A stretch of DNA of 53,615 bases from Euryarchaeota archaeon UBA89 (GTDB taxonomy: Archaea; Thermoplasmatota; Poseidoniia; Poseidoniales; Thalassarchaeaceae), in assembly GCA_002495525.1 (NCBI GenBank), contig DAFS01000008.1:1-53615 (forward strand). The letters are read 5' to 3'. Under the pieces are notes generated by a model. It made no database searches, had not been told where the DNA came from, and worked only from the letters and a program-made list of their open reading frames with translations. How positions within the stretch are numbered: position 1 is the first letter of the stretch; each line of letters opens with the position of its first letter. A program made the position numbers and the translations under genes. Positions 51,226 through 53,615 of this stretch are shown in pieces.

Positions 51226-53615
51226 ATGTCCGGAGGGGGGGTTTTGAGTATTCAGGGTATGAGAATTACTAATGAAGAAGTTTCTCCAGGAACAGTACCA
51301 CAATGGTTATTGGAACATTTGATATCTCAATTATCTGATGCCAAGCCATATTCTGACGGTGGAATGTCAAGAATTTTAGTAATTTATCCTACCACTGAAT
51401 CCCGTCGTGAAATAATAGAATTAATTAGTAATCAAGGATACGTTATTGACAATACATTACACCATACAATTCCATCTCTAATGGATTCTATTATGTCGGA
51501 TTTTAGAATGCCACAGAAATTAAATCAAAGTTCTGCATTTCAAATAATTCTTCATGAAGAGTGTAAAAAAGTATCTGCAAATTTAGGTTTTCCTATAATC
51601 AACCCTCTTCCTGAAATGAATTGGAGTAGAGGCAAAACTACGGCTCTCAGTGAGCTGCATGCCTTCCTTTCTTCAGAATCTTTAGCAAAGGATTGGAATG
51701 GACCCGGAATTGGAAAATTTAGAAAAATATTACAATCTCTTGAGTCAAAACTCAATAGCACTCATGGTGATTTTCTTCCAATAAGATTAATTGAAAAACT
51801 AATTAATTCTGAAAGGCCATTTTCATTGACCGATGTTGACGGGATTATCATGCTAAATCATTCACCCACAATACCAAAGTCGCATATTGATTTTATGAAA
51901 GTAATTTCCCGACATTGTCCTATTCATCAATTGGGCAATATTGGAAATATTCGTTTAGGAGAACATGGATTAAGATTGATTGATGAGTGGGCAATCACAG
52001 ATGTTTCTAATTTACCTGAATGGGTCCCTAAACACAACCCAACGTCACAAAACAAAGAAAATAATGTCGATAGAATAATGCTTCATCGAGAAAATCAATC
52101 TTTCGAAGCAACATACTCAATAGTATCTAATTTTCTCTTAGAATCTTCTAATAAAACAGTCCTAATTATAGATCCCAATTTTGAAAATAATAAAAATATT
52201 TGGGGTAGAGGAATGAAAAATTTAGGTCTCCCTTTTTCCTATGGAGAACATATGTTAATCAATAATTCCTTTGGCCACTGGATAAATTCTTATCTTAATT
52301 TATCTCATAGCGATGATGCATTTTCTTTAGACAAACTCAGAGCGATTTCACTTCAACAATCTTTAGTATTATTTCCGGAAATGCCTGTACATCCTAAAGA
52401 TGAACGTATAAGGCCGATTCCAGATACTGAATTATTAACTAATATTGCCAGAAGTAATCATATTTTAGGCGGTCCTGGTGCGTTATCCCAATGGTTACAA
52501 AGTCTTAGTTCAAATTATGATTTTAGATTTAATAATGATGAAGATAATATCAAAAAGGAATCAACACAATGGTGGTTACTTTGTTTATCTAGATGGTTAA
52601 ATCCATTATTATCAGGATTTGATAGAGATAGTATCAAAGAATTCTCCAATAAAGGGGTCTTTACCAATGAACTCCTCCCTCTTCCAGATATTCTCAAAAA
52701 TGGCGATGATTGGTTTCGGTCAACAATTAACCTTCTAAGTGAAAAAATGACTTCTAGAAGTAATGTCGAAGACTCAGTAAAATCTATAGCCGTAATCCAA
52801 TCACTATATTCTGAGTTTTCCAATCTTCGCTCTACACAGTTTTTGATTAAGCATAATTATCCTAAAATGGGTCCCGCATGGATAGATGAAATGTCTAATT
52901 TAATTCAAAAAATCAATATTAAAATTTCCTCAAGTTTGAGTCGAAACAGAGTTAGAATTTTATCTTGTGACCAGTCTTTAGGTTGTACCGCCGATTTAAC
53001 CATTCTAGCAAATACATCTTCTAACTCTTGGGACTTAAGGGTTCCAAAAATGCACTTTATAGGAGATATAGAAAGACATGAGAATAATTTACTACGTCCC
53101 GATGGACCTATTCGTAATGCAAGGCACAATCTTGAACATATTTTGAAGTCTTCACCGCAAGTAATAATCCTAGACTCTAGCTTTGACGACTCTAACCCAC
53201 CATCAACCCCTATTAGAGAATGGACCATTTCTAACAATCTTGATGAATCAAAAATATTTGAATCCGTCATTGATTATTCATTAAGTCCTCGAAACGCTCA
53301 AAGAATCAATGGATTGAGATTGAATGATAATCAGAAATCACTTCGCCCTCCAATTAATTCTAATTCAGTAACTATCTCTATAGATCCAATATTGCAAAGG
53401 GATAGAGAAAGGAGACAGCCTCAATTAGCATCGGAAGATGGTTATTTACCTGATGAAAATCGTAATTCGGTATTCAATTTTGACATTAAAAATATGACTC
53501 GTAAAACTCCTAAAACATTCTCAAGTCCAAGAGAAAATGTTCGTTGGCCTGTACTTTCAGCAATTACGATTGATCAAAATAATAGTCGAAAAATCAAAAC
53601 CCAAACAATAGATCC
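51226..53615 (+). CDS. Partial (3'-truncated by the window edge) large protein, AddB-like helicase-nuclease subunit lacking Walker A
   Basis: Not in the ORF track. Hand translation from ATG 51226 (or 51259) is stop-free to 53615 (about 796 codons). The blocks SPGTVPQWLLEHLISQL, RILVIYPTTESRREIIELI, RVRILSCDQSLGCTADLTILANTSSNSWDLRVP and RHENNLLRPDGPIRNARHNLEHILKSSPQVIILDS...PPSTPIREW follow the order of conserved AddB blocks. That a CDS exists is fairly certain; the confidence value is for the functional call. Confidence 0.45.
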   Translation, partial: MSGGGVLSIQGMRITNEEVSPGTVPQWLLEHLISQLSDAKPYSDGGMSRILVIYPTTESRREIIELISNQGYVIDNTLHHTIPSLMDSIMSDFRMPQKLNQSSAFQIILHEECKKVSANLGFPIINPLPEMNWSRGKTTALSELHAFLSSESLAKDWNGPGIGKFRKILQSLESKLNSTHGDFLPIRLIEKLINSERPFSLTDVDGIIMLNHSPTIPKSHIDFMKVISRHCPIHQLGNIGNIRLGEHGLRLIDEWAITDVSNLPEWVPKHNPTSQNKENNVDRIMLHRENQSFEATYSIVSNFLLESSNKTVLIIDPNFENNKNIWGRGMKNLGLPFSYGEHMLINNSFGHWINSYLNLSHSDDAFSLDKLRAISLQQSLVLFPEMPVHPKDERIRPIPDTELLTNIARSNHILGGPGALSQWLQSLSSNYDFRFNNDEDNIKKESTQWWLLCLSRWLNPLLSGFDRDSIKEFSNKGVFTNELLPLPDILKNGDDWFRSTINLLSEKMTSRSNVEDSVKSIAVIQSLYSEFSNLRSTQFLIKHNYPKMGPAWIDEMSNLIQKINIKISSSLSRNRVRILSCDQSLGCTADLTILANTSSNSWDLRVPKMHFIGDIERHENNLLRPDGPIRNARHNLEHILKSSPQVIILDSSFDDSNPPSTPIREWTISNNLDESKIFESVIDYSLSPRNAQRINGLRLNDNQKSLRPPINSNSVTISIDPILQRDRERRQPQLASEDGYLPDENRNSVFNFDIKNMTRKTPKTFSSPRENVRWPVLSAITIDQNNSRKIKTQTID

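Noticed and set aside
51552-53270. Three - strand ORFs (51552-51761, 52515-52823, 52905-53270), the only track entries in the last 2.4 kb.
   Set aside because: All sit inside the uninterrupted + strand frame 51226-53615, which has much more protein-like sequence. They are treated as antisense noise.

Overview
Low-GC, very gene-dense chromosomal segment that reads as archaeal. It carries the rpl18e-rpl13-rps9-rpoN operon followed by tRNA-Pro, plus MCM helicase, GatE, Pth2, Trm1, two PAC2/Pba-type proteasome chaperones and tRNA-Arg(GCG). These are interleaved with many bacterial-looking genes: NAD-dependent LigA, RlmH, pyruvoyl PanD, an NfuA-like protein, a Liv-type ABC importer and an AddB-like protein. 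Gene content, composition and the very large Ca-binding surface proteins suggest an uncultured marine planktonic archaeon (Marine Group II / Thermoplasmatota-like). That is an inference I cannot verify here. I found no rRNA, CRISPR array, transposase, integrase or recognisable defence island, so most of the window is housekeeping. The items most worth a second look are: (1) a long open-ended + strand ORF at 51226-53615, absent from the supplied ORF track, that looks like a Walker-A-less AddB-type helicase-nuclease subunit; (2) a convergent, overlapping Cas4/RecB-like Fe-S nuclease and DEDDh exonuclease pair near LigA; (3) a composite Liv-type ABC importer, whose binding protein has an apparently circularly permuted polar-amino-acid module plus two tandem LivK-like modules, whose LivH-LivM permease is fused and carries inserts, and which has a strong hairpin between the two genes; (4) a Met-rich aquaporin-like membrane protein with degenerate NPA boxes; (5) an origin-recognition-box-like palindrome upstream of mcm; (6) a possible cobalamin-capture pair (DUF4430-like protein plus S-component-like protein); (7) two giant repeat-rich surface proteins. 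All functional calls come from motif recognition by eye and need HMM or structure confirmation.
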